Shown: one piece after another, positions 47,150 to 60,509 of the stretch
How the letters are laid out: each line of letters starts with the position of its first letter
Position numbering within the stretch: position 1 is the stretch's first letter
Assembly (NCBI RefSeq): GCF_009914755.1
Contig: NC_060929.1
Strand: one strand, 5' to 3'
From: the human T2T-CHM13v2.0 reference genome, Homo sapiens
Length of the DNA: 64,000 nt
Program-made: the position numbers and the translations under genes
The notes under the pieces: generated by a model
The model's input: the letters and a program-made list of their open reading frames with translations, nothing else
What the model was told of the DNA's origin: nothing
Databases searched by the model: none

Positions 47150-48137
47150 GAAGTTGTTTTATGCAAAACATCTATCTGAACCATCTTCCATTGCAAAGAT
47201 TAGGTGTGCTGAAACAATGTCTAGTCTTTAGGTTTGGAAATATATCCTTATTTTTCTAATGTTATTATTTGCTGGACTGGTAATGGGATTGAACCAGATT
47301 GTTTCTGTTACTTACTAACAGAAGTTAGTAAGTACCTTCGTAAGTACTTACTAACAGAAGTAAGGGCATAAATTTGCCCTTTACTGTTTGCTTCTGGTCG
47401 ACATTGGGTACCTAGGTGGCTTCCTTATTTATGTTCTATATGCCTGAGACTATGGGAAGATGACTTCTCAGGGGAGGCACAAGCCTTCACCTCTCATTTT
47501 CCTGCCTGTTGTTGCAAACATGAAATAATCTTTTAGAAAATTTGCAATAACGACAAAGTAAAATGAGAAATTATAGAAACAATTCCAAACTATTTGTCAT
47601 ATTGCGAGTCATGACACTGGTAGAACAATTTATGATAGATTTATGTGATATTCTACCTTTTCATGGCATATCTATAAAGGGAGCATTGAAAAAAAGCATA
47701 AATACCATTTGATGCAGTAACAAAAATTACATTTTTTGGCACTGTATCCAAATTCAAAAAGCAGTAAGCATTACAGATTATGGTGATGCAAAAGACTGGA
47801 AAAATATACATGTATGGTGTCTATTATCCCTTAATATCCCTTAATAACAGCAGACATTTGATAAGTATGCTATGCCAGGGTTTTAAAAGTGGTTTATTTC
47901 TAGGATGACTTTGGTTTTGATTTTTAGGCTTTAATTTTATTATTAAATGCACAGGGTTGAAGCTCCCATCTTATGTCACCTGGGTTATATCAATCTGAAA
48001 GTATCCGAGAGTGGGGGAGAGCTTTGCTTCCACGTTTTGAGGTAGTCAATTAACAAAAAGAGCCCAACTAAGGGTAAGAGTTCAGCCTGTATTCACCTCT
48101 TGCAATGATTCATGCAACAGATCAAAAGAGCAGCTGC

Positions 48138-48358
<221 letters not shown>

Positions 48359-49297
48359 TCAAGGTTCCATTTTTCTCCCCACAGATCAGAGAATTAGGTG
48401 TATCAGGGAAGATGAAGGAAGGAGACTATGACTCTTTGACTTGGTTGGGTGTTGTCTGAGACAACAGAGGTCACTGAGCACATGTCTCTGTTGTTTTACA
48501 ACGTTTATGTTGATTCCAGGGCCATGGCAGAGCATCCTAAGAGCAGCAAGAGTTGATGTTCCCATGTGTAAATGAATGTCAATCTTTTTCCAGCGTCATG
48601 TATCCTAATTTCCCATTGACCCAAAATCATTGCGGGGCAATTCAAATTTAACAGGTGGAAAAAGAGTGTATCTGTTGAAGGGAGAGAAAAAACACAGCAG
48701 TTTCTAATTTACCATGATGGTAAATGACCATCAAGTAGGAAGAAGTGAGTGGGCAGATCCAAAATTATTTGACCAATATAAAAGGGGAAATATATCACAA
48801 AAGAAGTTAATAAACCACGTTGACGATAACCAGTAGGGAAGTTAGTTGATATAGAAATAATGCCCAAAGTACATTTCTCATAACTCCAAGTGTTGGAAAG
48901 AAGCTGAGTGTTGGGAGGGAAACTGAGTCAGGGCTTGCATAATGTCCTCTGGAATGTGTCTAGACTTGCTGGTTCCTTGCTCCTTGCTCTCCCAGGATCA
49001 ATTGTATCTTGAGTTAAAGGAACCTGCTCTCCATTATCTCAAGTAGCAGAGCAAATGCTAAACCGTCACATCGTGTGCCTGCCCTTTTGGCCTCCACATT
49101 CTCACCACCTGTTTCTTTGTTGGATTACCAATAAATAGTGTGGGCTCCCAGAACTCAGTGCCTTCACAGCCTCCACAATCACAGTGGTCCCCTGGTGCCC
49201 ACATTTCTCTCTCAAACTGTCTTTTTCTCAATCCTTTGACTCCTCTTGACTTTGTCACCCCACGACCTGGTGTTGGGTCTGGTCACTTCAACATTCC

Positions 49298-49316
49298 TGG
49301 CTGCCCAATGTGGGGC
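49298..49316 (+). promoter_or_regulatory. Primer-binding site, tRNA-Lys type
   Basis: TGGCTGCCCAATGTGGGGC versus canonical TGGCGCCCAACGTGGGGC, 4 nt after the LTR terminal CA. Confidence 0.85.
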
Positions 49317-49442
49317 GACAAAGACCCCGGTGAAGGAATGCCAGAGCGTGTGAAAGCGGAGGACCCACCATCAAAGGACACCTGAGGACGTCTAAAAGAA
49401 GCTTGGTGAGAAAACTGAGCAATCGGAAGAACGAGGGTAACA

Positions 49443-49990
49443 ATGGGACAAAATGAAAACAGACATTCTGGTTATTTAAAATTTTCTTAAGGTATTTATC
49501 ATGAAGAGGGGGAGTGAAAGTTAGTACTCAAAATTTGTTATCACTCACTCTTTAGTGCAGTAAAGCAGTTTTGCCCATGGTTCCCGGAACAAGGGACTAT
49601 GGAGTTGGATGAATGGGAGAGAATTGGCAGAGATTTTAAAAAAAGGATATGAAGATGGAGCAAAAATTCCAGTCTTGGTTTGGTCAAAGTGGGCACTAAT
49701 AAAAGCAGCTCTTGAACCATTTCAAACAGATAATGAGGCAGATTCAGATGAGGAAGAGGAGGACGAGTATAAAAACTAACTTCAGATTCTTAATGTGAGG
49801 AACAGAAACTGGAGGAAATTAAAGAAAAGAAAGGGAAACTGAAAATAGTATGTTTTACTAGCCTGTCGGCTCCACCTGCTGAATTAAGTGAATGGCCACC
49901 TCCTCTCTCTCCCTTTAATGGGCGAGAAAATTAATTAGCTACAAAACTTACCACTCCTGTATTTGCAACATTAAAACCTGGAGCAATTAG
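49443..49990 (+). pseudogene. gag: HERV-K gag matrix remnant (frameshifted; CA and NC deleted)
   Basis: MGQNE start; RRGGVKVSTQNL, FCPWFPEQGTMELDEWERIGRDFK, PFQTDNEADSDEEE. Confidence 0.85.
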
Positions 49991-50079
49991 TAGTATTAAG
50001 ACCCAGTGGAATCTGAGGCTTGTTTATTCTGAGAGCACCTCAAGCGAGGCATATCCGGCACAGCCAGTGCCCTTACAAA

Positions 50080-50486
50080 TGGCAACAATTGTCTCCTGCC
50101 GCGCTGGGCAGTGCTGCCCTCGACCTTTGCAGTGCAGTTCCTGTTTCCCTGCTTCCTGGGGAGCCGCCGGAAAGGGTCCCCACAGGAGTTGGGGGACCCT
50201 TGCCCTCAGGAACAGTTGGTCTATTACTTGGAAAGTCTAGTCTAAATTCGAAAGGTGTCACTGTGCATACGGGAATGATTGGTTCTGATTATACTGGAGA
50301 AATTCAATTAGGTATCAGTTCCTCAACTCTGGTCTGCTTCCCTAGGAGAAAGAATTGCTCAGTTGTTGACATAAAGCTGGGAAGCAGCACAGTGAAAAGA
50401 ACAGGAGGCTTTGGTAGTACTAATCCAACAGGAAAGGCTGTATATTGGGTTAATCAAGTGTCTGACAAAAGACCTATTTGTACAGT
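50080..50486 (+). pseudogene. HERV-K pro-associated dUTPase remnant
   Basis: ORF 50020-50508 has motifs SAALDL, LGKSS, GMIGSDYTGEI and KRTGGFGST; the motif-3 catalytic Asp reads Gly and motif 4 is frameshifted. Confidence 0.88.
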
Positions 50487-50655
50487 AGACCTGCTGTTGG
50501 ATGCTTAGAGATTGACACACAGGCCTGGTTGGCAGTAGTCCCTGGAAAAAATAAATCATGGGTTGCTTTGCGTAGGGCAAGTAAAGTCATCTTGAAGCTT
50601 CAGTTTCATGGTTAACATGCCTCTGCTAGAGAAAAACAGATTCAATGAGCACACA

Positions 50656-51138
<483 letters not shown>

Positions 51139-51529
51139 TAAGCAGAACTAAGAGAGATAGAGATAAATAGAGATAGAGGTAAATAGAGCTAAGTAGAGAG
51201 ATAGAGCTAAGTAGAGATACAGATGAAGACTAGCAACATAAGGTCAGTGCCCTAAAGAGGTACTGATCAGTGCCCTAAAGAGGTACAAAAGCAAAGACTA
51301 GCAATATAAAATCAGTGCCCTAAAAAGGTACAAAAGTAGAGACTAGCAAAGACTAGCAGAGATTTGCAGGGACAGACAAGAACATTCTGAATTATGGAAA
51401 TTAGCTATGGCTCAAAGGGCAAATATAAAAGGAATAGAGGGGAGGAAGGTAAGGATAAAAATGCTCTTTCTTTTCTCTCCAACAGGACCTTTTGGTCCTT
51501 TAAACAGATGCACTGTTGTCTGCGGTCTT

Positions 51530-51985
51530 TGCTGATGCACAAGCATTCCATTCTTTAACTCATCTTAATCCTGCAGGCCTTAGAAAAAGATGTGGTCACA
51601 TACAAAGAGGTGAGAAAAAGGAAAGATAATTATATGGGGAAGAGGATTTGCTTGTGTCTCTCCAGGTGACAATCAGGTGCCTGTGTGGGTGCCCACCAAA
51701 CGTCTGAAGATCTATCATGAGCCACAGCATCTAGTGGACCCACTTGTACAGTGCAAATTGAAGGTTTAAGGATTGCTTTTAAGCCTCTATTTGCTTTCTG
51801 TGTGCCTTCTGTTAGAAGGGGCCTGTTTCTCATTGGTGGCCTCCCAGCTACAACCACAAAAGTTTTTGCTTCTGTTTCAGTAGATTTACTAACGTGGGAG
51901 TGAGGGTATGCTTGTGTTTTTGCAGGAGATGAACAAACCGTGTGGATGCCCTCAAGATGTGTACAACCATGGAATGGGAGACAGA
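51530..51985 (+). pseudogene. pol: Betaretroviral integrase remnants (N-terminal HHCC start and two different C-termini)
   Basis: DAQAFHSLTHLNPAGLRKR; [28 protein letters not shown]; LLTWE*GYACVFAGDEQTVWMPSRCVQPWNGR. Confidence 0.8.
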
Positions 51986-52443
51986 AGGGACCCATGGATC
52001 CCAACCATGGACCAGGGTCCCCCAGTACGAGCCATGAGTCAGTTGAATCTGAATGCGAAGATGGAACGAACACCAATCGGAGTCATGATGCTTAATGGAC
52101 CAATGCTTTCTGACTCAGCTCCTTCTACCCTGAATACAAGAGACCCTAACAGTTAGGCAGGAATATCATTGCCCCTGTTCAGCATGAAGAAGTTACAGAA
52201 GACGGACCCTCATCCTTCTGCAACCCCGAGGATTAAGGGTCCTCTTGTAAAAAGGGAAAGGGGAGATACGTGGGAAGCATTCAAACCAGAGTGACTCCAG
52301 TTTGAATAAGGGCTAAGAAAAATGAAGCCGGATCACCAACCGGCAATTAAGGGCTGCACAGCCTGCAATCGCCTTGCTCAATTAAAAGAGGTTACCTTTT
52401 ATGCTAGTAATAATGATAGTAATAATAATACCTTCTCTTTTAC

Positions 52444-52460
52444 AAAAAAGAGAAGGGGGG
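52444..52460 (+). promoter_or_regulatory. Polypurine tract before the 3' LTR
   Basis: AAAAAAGAGAAGGGGGG-CA-TGTTGGG. Confidence 0.85.
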
Positions 52461-52670
52461 CATGTTGGGAAAAAGCTGAGTGTTGGGAGGGAAACAGGCG
52501 GGGATGAAAACAACTACAGATTGTACACGCCATTCAAGAGTTATGAAGCAAGAATAGGCAAGTTACTACCTTATAAAAATCAGTAAAATATAAAATTGAA
52601 TAATATTTGTAGCCACTGATTGATAAGGCAAAAAGCAAATCAAGAGTATGGCCATTACACTCACTGTTAT

Positions 52671-54055
52671 TGAGAGGTGACAGCGTGCTGGCAGTCCTCA
52701 GAGCCCTCGCTTGCTCTCAGCACCTCCCCTGCCTGGGCTCCCACTTTGGTGGCATTTGAGGAGCCCTTCAGCCCCCCACTGCACTGTGGGAGCCCCTTTC
52801 TGGGCTGGCCAAGGCTGGAGCCCACTCCCTCAGCTTGCAGGGAGGTGTGGAGGGAGAGGCACGAGCAGGAACCGGGGCTGCATGCGGCGCTTGCGGGCCA
52901 GCTGGAGTTCTGGGTGGACGTGGGTTTGGTGGGCCCCGCACTCGGAGCAGCCAGCCAGCCCTGCTGGCCCCGGGCAATGAGGGACTTAGCACCCGGGCCA
53001 GTGGCTGCAGAGGGTGTACTGGGTCCCCCAGCAGTGCCAGCCCACCGGCGCTGCGCTCGATTTCTCACTGGGCCTTAGCTGCCTTCCCGTGGGGCAGGGC
53101 TCGGGACCTGCAGCCCGCCATGCCTGAGCCTCCCACCCACTCCATGGGCTCCTGTGCCGCCCGAGCCTCCCCGACGAGCACCACCCCCTGCTCCAGGGCG
53201 CCCAGTCCCATCGACCACCCAAGGGCTGAGGAATGCGAGCGCATGGCGCAGGACTGGCAGGCAGCTCCACCTGCAGCCCCAGTGCAGGATCCACTAGGTG
53301 AAGCCAGCTGGGCTCCTGAGTCTGGTGGGGACGTGGAGAGTCTTTATATCTAGCTCAGGGATTGTAAATACACCAATCAGCACCCTGTGTTTAGCTCAAG
53401 GTTTGTGAGTGCACCAATCGACACTCTGTATCTAGCTGCTCTGGTGGGGCCTTGGGGAACCTGTGTGTGGAAACTCTGTATCTAACTAATCTGATGGGGT
53501 CGTGGAGAACCTTTGTATCTAGCTCAGGGATTGTAAACGCACCAATCAGCGCCCTGACAAAACAGGCCACTGGGCTCTACCAATCAGCAGGATGTGGGTG
53601 GGGCCAGATAAGAGAATAAAAGCAGGATGCCCGACCCAGCATTGGCAACCCGCTTGGGTCCACTTCCACACTGTGGAAGCTTTGTTCTTTCGCTCTTTGC
53701 AATAAATCTTGCTACTGCTCACTCTTTGGGTCCACGCTGCTTTTATGAGCTGTAACACTCACTGCGAAGGTCTGCAGCTTCACTCCTGAGCCCAGTGAGA
53801 CCACGAGGCCACCGGGAGGAATGAACAACTCCAGACACGCTGCCTTAAGAGCTGTAACACTCACCGTGAAGGTCTGCAGCTTCACTCCTGAGCCAGCGAG
53901 ACCACGAACCCACCAGAAGGAAGAAACTCCTAACACATCTGAACATCAGAAGGGACAGACTCCAGACGCACCACCTTAAGAGCTGTAACACTCACCGCGA
54001 GGGTCCGCGGCTTCATTCTTGAAGTGAGACCAAGAACCCACCAATTCCGGACACG
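52671..54055 (+). mobile_element. LTR12 (LTR12C-like, ERV9) solo LTR
   Basis: TGAGAGGTGACAGCGTGCTGGCAG start and CCAATTCCGGACAC end; U3 CCAAT repeats; U5 GCTGTAACACTCAC repeats; TSD TTAT. Confidence 0.95.
53340..53625 (+). promoter_or_regulatory. LTR12 enhancer/promoter (NF-Y CCAAT and GATA repeats, AATAAA-type TATA)
   Basis: CCAAT at 53373, 53414, 53542 and 53580; TATCTA repeats; AGATAAGAGAATAAAAG at about 53606-53622. Confidence 0.75.
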
Positions 54056-54303
54056 TTATCACAACTACGTTGATCGTGGTGGTATTTATTTATTCCACAC
54101 TTTCATTTGAAAAACATGGCTCACAGAAAAGTTACTGAAAGTGTGGTTCTTGCTTTGATAGGCCCAAGGTATACACAATTAGGTCAAAAGACACAGTGTA
54201 ATATGAAAGACACAAAATTTTTGGAAGTAGTTTCAGTGAATATGGTGTGGCCATTAGCTATGGAAACAGAATGAAATCAAATTATTGATAAAGTCTTATT
54301 AAG

Positions 54304-54668
54304 TGATATGGTTTGGCTGTGAACCCACTCAAATCTCATCTTGAATTGTAGCTCCCATAAATCCCACGTGTTGTGGGAGAGACCCGGTGGGGGGGTAATT
54401 GAATTGTAGAGGTGAGTCTTTCTTATGCTGTTCTCATGATAGTGAATAAGTCTCCCAGGATCTGATGGTTTTATAAAGGGGAGTTCCCTTGCACATGTTC
54501 TCTTGCCTGGCATCATGTAAGACATGACTTTGCTCCCCATTTGCCTTCTTCCATGATAGTGAGGCCTCCCCAGCCATGTGGAACTGTGAGTAAATTAAAT
54601 CTCTTTCTTTTATAAATTACCCAGTCTTGGGTATGTCTTCATTAGCAGAATGAGAACAGACGAATACA
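54304..54668 (+). mobile_element. THE1B/C solo LTR
   Basis: TGATATGGTTTGGCTGTG...AATACA; TSD TTAAG/TTAAC. Confidence 0.9.
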
Positions 54669-55493
54669 TTAACAAATTCACAGTGACTTTGAACAGACAA
54701 AAATTAGAAAAACATAATTTTGAACCAAATAAAAATGAATAAACAACTAAACAACATCAAAACCATCTGTAAATGTTTAATTCTTATAATAATCCCTAGA
54801 CCCCAAGCTCCTAGAAGAAGGGAGGCATGAAAAGGGAAACCCTCAGTAAATGTGCACTTCAGATGACTTAATATGGATAGAAAATGAAGAATTTTCAAGA
54901 GGGTGGAGTCAAGAGTATGGAGGAAAATGACTAGAAATCTCTACCAGGTAACAGAGTTAAACTTACACTAGAAACTGCCAAGACACAGGGCCAAAGAAAC
55001 ATCTTTCCACTTAGATTTCAATTTCCTTTGAATCAATAACTGTGATGCATCCTAGCCCCTTTTCATTTTTTATCAGTTAATTTTGTATTTGGAGAGAGAC
55101 TATAGGGTGAATATAGATATTTGTCTTTTTTCATTCATGAATATCCAAGCCAAGAAGAGGTATAGTATGACACAATATAGAAGCTGCTCTTTATTTTCCC
55201 TGATCCAGAAACTAGGTGCATTATACAGAGATGATAGACTTTGAGCCTGATGATTTGGATGGATGGGAAGATCACTTGTGGGAAGACACTGAGTCTACTT
55301 TTTTATAGGATAAAGAGTGAACCAAATATTTTGTCCATAGAAATGTAGACAATGATAAACATTATATAGGAATATTGTCCACATATCTTCAGTTTCTTCT
55401 TTTGGGCAGGCAGTGGTATTGCATTTTCCTGCCTCCCTACCCTTGAGTTTTAGAACGACCATGTGATTTGATTTTTAAAACAAGATTGAAAGT

Positions 55494-55826
55494 TGTCTTA
55501 GTTGTTTGGGCTGCTACAACAAAAGGCCATACACTGGGCAGCTAATAAACAAGATAAATGTATTTCTTACAGTTCTGGAGACTGGAAAATCCAAGATTGA
55601 GGTGCCAGCAAGATGGTATCTTCTCACTGTATCCTCACATGGTGGAAGAAATGAACAAATTTTTCTGGGCCTATTTTACAAGAGCACTAATTCCACCGAT
55701 AAGGACCTCGTCCTCATGATCGAATTGCCTTCCCCAAACATCAGCTCACAATATCATTATCTTGTGGTTAGAATTCCAACACATCAGTGTTTTTTTTTAG
55801 GGGAAACAACAGTTCAAATAATAGCA
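55494..55826 (-). mobile_element. MST/MLT1A-type MaLR LTR
   Basis: TGTCTTAGT...GGGCTGCTACAAC...CAGTTCTGGAGACTGG...TTCAAATAATAGCA; TSD AAAGT/GAAGT. Confidence 0.8.
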
Positions 55827-58574
55827 GAAGTGATATCTTTCATTATTCTTAGTCTTATGAGCCACCGGTTGACTTACTATTGCTGGTTCTATCCTGACAG
55901 TGATAATGAATTATGATCAAGGAAGAACTGATTGAGAGGATGGATCAATCAATCAACCAGGACACTGACTTTCTTCCATGAGCATGATAGAAAAGTATAC
56001 TGTGCTGTACAATGAGATGTGGATGTGATCATTTCTACAGAATAACCTTGCCCACAATTTGTTATTTGACAGAGCTATATGTTAGAACAACATTTAGCAA
56101 ATGTCAAATTCTCCAAGCTTACTTGTGTAAACTCTAAATTGAAGAAAAGAATGCCTGCCCCTGTCTCTATGAGACGATGCCTGTGAAACCTTGTTCTAAT
56201 TTTAGTACTATGAAAATAATGTCATGGCTATAGAATGGTTCATTCAGGAGAGTAAAAATAGGCAAGGAATGAAGTTTTACAAATAATCATTTAAAATTTA
56301 AGGAATTCAAAATTGCAGACACATTCTTGCAATAACATTTTTCTAAATTTCATAATCTGGCTTTATAAGAGTTCTGTCACGAATTCCCCAAATCTGGGTA
56401 ATTTGAAAACCTGTTACTTTATCTTTTAATTTGACAGATTACTGAAGTGGGAAAAAATACAGTGTTGTAAAATAATTACATATATGAATAGCTATTGTTT
56501 TATTTTAAGTAAAAGATATACATTCTTAATTACAAGTATAAAAACGTATTTATGAGTAGAGTATATTAATTTGGATGGAGAAGTCTTTGCAGAAATATAT
56601 TCTAATAATTACCATATGATTTTAAACCAGATTTACCATCTAAGAAATACTTATGTGAATATTACGATATTCAAAGTTGTTGCCATCATTAATCACAAGA
56701 TCCTGGCTAACATGTTTAATATTATTCTTTATACAACTGACACATTCCCCACCCTGAAGAAATTATTTTGAATCTGTGCAGAGAGGTATTTTTCTAGTTT
56801 GATTTATGATTGACTCAAATATATTCCTTAGGCATTACTTGTAACATTTTGAAAACAACAAAAGAGTGTATCTCCCTTTCTTGTCCTCTACATTTTAGAT
56901 ATGCAATTCTAATGTACAGATCTCAAATTTTCAATAATTTTCCGAATAAATTTAATATATATATGCACACACATAAATTATATGCATATGGTAAAGAAGC
57001 AGAGAAGTAGGCTTAAGTAAAATTTTTCCAGCTCCTGAGATAATTTTGAATAGTTTTACCTTACTAAAAACATAACCGGTAGACAAAAAAACAACATAAT
57101 GATTTTTCGAAATTTCACTGTTCTATAGTCAGCCTTTGGCTATGTACACAGGAATCACGTGTGTGGCCTTACTGCAAAATTTCTTCACAAATCTATGCTT
57201 CAGTATAGTATTCAAAACGATTACTTCGCTTCAGACTTATAATTTGAGTGACTAAGAAAATATTCTAAGAGAAAATACTGTATGTGAAAGAATGTCAATT
57301 ATATATATATATATATATATATGTTATGTGTGTCAAGACTTATCCAATAAAGTACTTAAAATTGAAATTCTTCAGGGAGAGCAGATGAAGTAATTTTGGT
57401 TTTCTTTAGGAAAACCTTTAGGATTACTTCTGTCTCAAGAGAATTAGACAGATACTACACTGCCTTTATGCCTTAATCCTGACAAAATTAAGAAAATTTA
57501 ATCAAATACGTTCAACCCAAACTTAATATTCAGAATGTGTTGAAATTGTAAAAAGAAAATTGCTTGTGTGTTGTCCAGAGTGAGTCTTTAATACTCAAGA
57601 TATTTGAGTTCCTAAAGGTGACAATTTCGGATTCATTTTAATCCCCTGGAGATAGGATAATTTCTTTCCTTTGAAAATGGAATCATTGGCAGCTCTTTCT
57701 CAGAAGCAAGCTTCTATGAGCAGGCATGGAATCAGCTGTCTTTGGACTCCCAGTTGAAGCAGAGTGTGATCAAGCTATTTTGCATCTGTGAATATATTCT
57801 GGCCCTTTTTCACAGCCACAGTTCTTTGTTTGTCAAATAATCATTTTCTATAATAAGGGAGCAGGGTATAAACATGCTTTTCAATAATTTCTGTTTCTTT
57901 GGATATCTGCTTTTTTTTTCCAGAGAGGAACATGAAATTCTGATGAGATGTGTAACTGCACAGTGTGTTTCCACTTAGATACATAATGAAAGGAAAGTGA
58001 AGCCTCACAGTGATATATTAGAAAGTCTTGATTTGATCATTTTTCTGGCACATTTTCTTTGCTTTGACATTTCACTCAGGGATATTTTATTCTGTGAAAA
58101 AGACACTACTTTTTAATCTTACCTACACAAGTTGTAGTTGCATTAACTGTTAATGGATGCTATTTATATGTCTAACTCGATCTTTAACTTTGCATCGCTG
58201 TTTTCAGTAGAATATGTTATTTTATGTAAGTTCTAGCTAATATGCCGTTGATAAACTTCCCATAAGAAACAAAATCTAATATCATCCCATAACCCTCTCT
58301 GGCCTACATAATTGACAGTGCTGTTTTATCTCCAGCATCATCCTATCGTTCTCACCTTTGTTTGACTCTTGACCTCTGTCACTCTGGTCTTTGCAGTTGC
58401 TTTTTGCCCTGCCTAAATTGTCCTCATCTCTGAAATACATGTAACTTGCTTATATCATTTGGGTTTAAATGAAAGGTTTGGGCTTAACCTTAAAAAAATG
58501 CCCATCCTCCTGCAATTGAAGCAGGTATTCACTATATTTATTCCCTAGTTGGTTTTATTTTTCTTCTTAGTACA

Positions 58575-59428
58575 TCATGAGAAGAATTGTGTCTCCTCGA
58601 AATTCGTATGTTGAATTCCCAAACCCAAGCACCTCCGAATGTGACTGTGTTTGATGATAGGGTCTTGAAAGAGGTAACATAATGTCATTAGAGTGGTCTC
58701 TATTCCAGTATGACCGATGCTCCTATAAGAAGAGGAGCTTAGGTCAGACACATACAGAGAGACAACCTTATGAAAACAGGGAAGATGGCCCCTACTGCCA
58801 AGTCTGTCCTCAGATTCTGGCTGAGAAACGGATGAAAGAAGTACGCTGCCACAGGTATTTTGCCTGACAGCATGGCTAGGGGACTTCATGGCTCAGCACT
58901 GCTGATGAGAGTGCCGCTGCCCCGCTAAGCCAGCCCCACTCACATTTATTTAGTACAGATCTAATGACAAAGGCTTGGAGCAAACACAATTTGTGGGTAA
59001 TAAACATTGCCAACCCCCTAAGTAGAGAGCAGTCCTGTACGCGAATAATCAAAGGTTGGTTTCTGGAGATAGGAGTAAACAAATTTATCTAGATAAGTTC
59101 CTTTACATTCCCTTGTTATCTGCCCTTTGCTCTCAACCTCTGGATAAGACAATTTGGCTGCCTTCAGCGATAATTCTTTCCCAAAGCTTTTGCAAAACCT
59201 CCCGGCCTTCAAAGTAGGTTTGCATCTTTCCCTATACTTTTCTTATAATTTTCCCACCCGATCCCCTACAAACTTCAAGACAAGAAAAGAGACCTTAGAA
59301 GTTGTTTAAGCCTGTTGAAACCTTGATCTTGGACTTCTAGCCTCCAAGGATGTGAGAAAATAAATTTCTGCTATTTAAGCTTCTCAGTGTGTACTATTTT
59401 ATTATGACAGCCCTAGCAAACTAATACT
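58575..59428 (+). mobile_element. MLT1B-type MaLR LTR split by LTR22
   Basis: AAATTCGTATGTTGAA...GAAGATGGCC, then CCTTGATCTTGGACTTCTAGCCTCC...CAGCCCTAGCAAACTAATAC. Confidence 0.8.
58796..59270 (-). mobile_element. LTR22 (HML-5/HERV-K22) solo LTR
   Basis: Reverse strand starts TGTAGGGGATCGG...GAAGGCCGGGAGGTTTTGCAAAAGC...GGAACTTATCTAGATAAATTTG and ends TTGGCA; TSD is degenerate. Confidence 0.8.
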
Positions 59429-60147
59429 GTACTTAATCATTATGTGACAATTTAGCTATACAGTTAGTTGTTTTTCCCATTTTCCTGCCACTAGAATTTC
59501 CTAAAAATGGTATTTTGGTTACACCTGTGTACTCAGCATCTAGATAATATCTGGAAAAAACTTGATGGTCAATGAACATTTGTTGAATGACTACATGAAT
59601 TAATGATATTTAATGAGCTGAACACAGGCTACAATGACTCCACTTGCTTGCTGTCTGTACAGTACCTCTAGCTGATACTGTATGTGGCTTTTAATCATTC
59701 ATTATGAAGAATAATTTTGTTGGGTTTCTTTCCGAGACTTGTTAAGGAACAAGAAATATTATAACAACTCACAGAGACACCAGAAAATATTAGTGAGTAC
59801 TGAAATAAAATTGGATTCACATAAATCTTACCTAGTTGGAGAAAGTCATTGACTCTATATTATATACATCATCTTCAAATAAACTAAAGAGTGTGTTTGT
59901 GTTTCTGTGTGTTTGTGTGTGTGTGTAAAGAAAGAAGAAAGTATAGCAAGTACATGCTTAAATACAATTATTGCATTCAGGTCATAGAATCTTTGATAGG
60001 ATCTTGCCCTGTGGACATGAAGAGCCATGTAGAATCCTACTTTGTTAACTACAGCAATAATGGGGCCATATATTCTCTTTTTTTTAGATTTTCAGATTTA
60101 ATATTATTTAGTATGTTATATAATAGACTTTGGAGAAATGTATCTGA

Positions 60148-60509
<362 letters not shown>

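Noticed and set aside
50020-50508. 162-aa ORF as an active dUTPase
   Set aside because: No ATG context; motif-3 Asp reads Gly; motif 4 is frameshifted; proviral remnant.
51244-51331. Repeat-spacer pattern resembling a CRISPR array
   Set aside because: Only three copies, irregular and related spacers, eukaryotic proviral context, no cas genes.
52667-53353. CpG-island-like region with ORFs up to 172 aa
   Set aside because: U3 of LTR12; not a gene promoter or CDS.
53740-54000. Tandem GCTGTAACACTCAC repeats
   Set aside because: Standard LTR12 U5 repeats.
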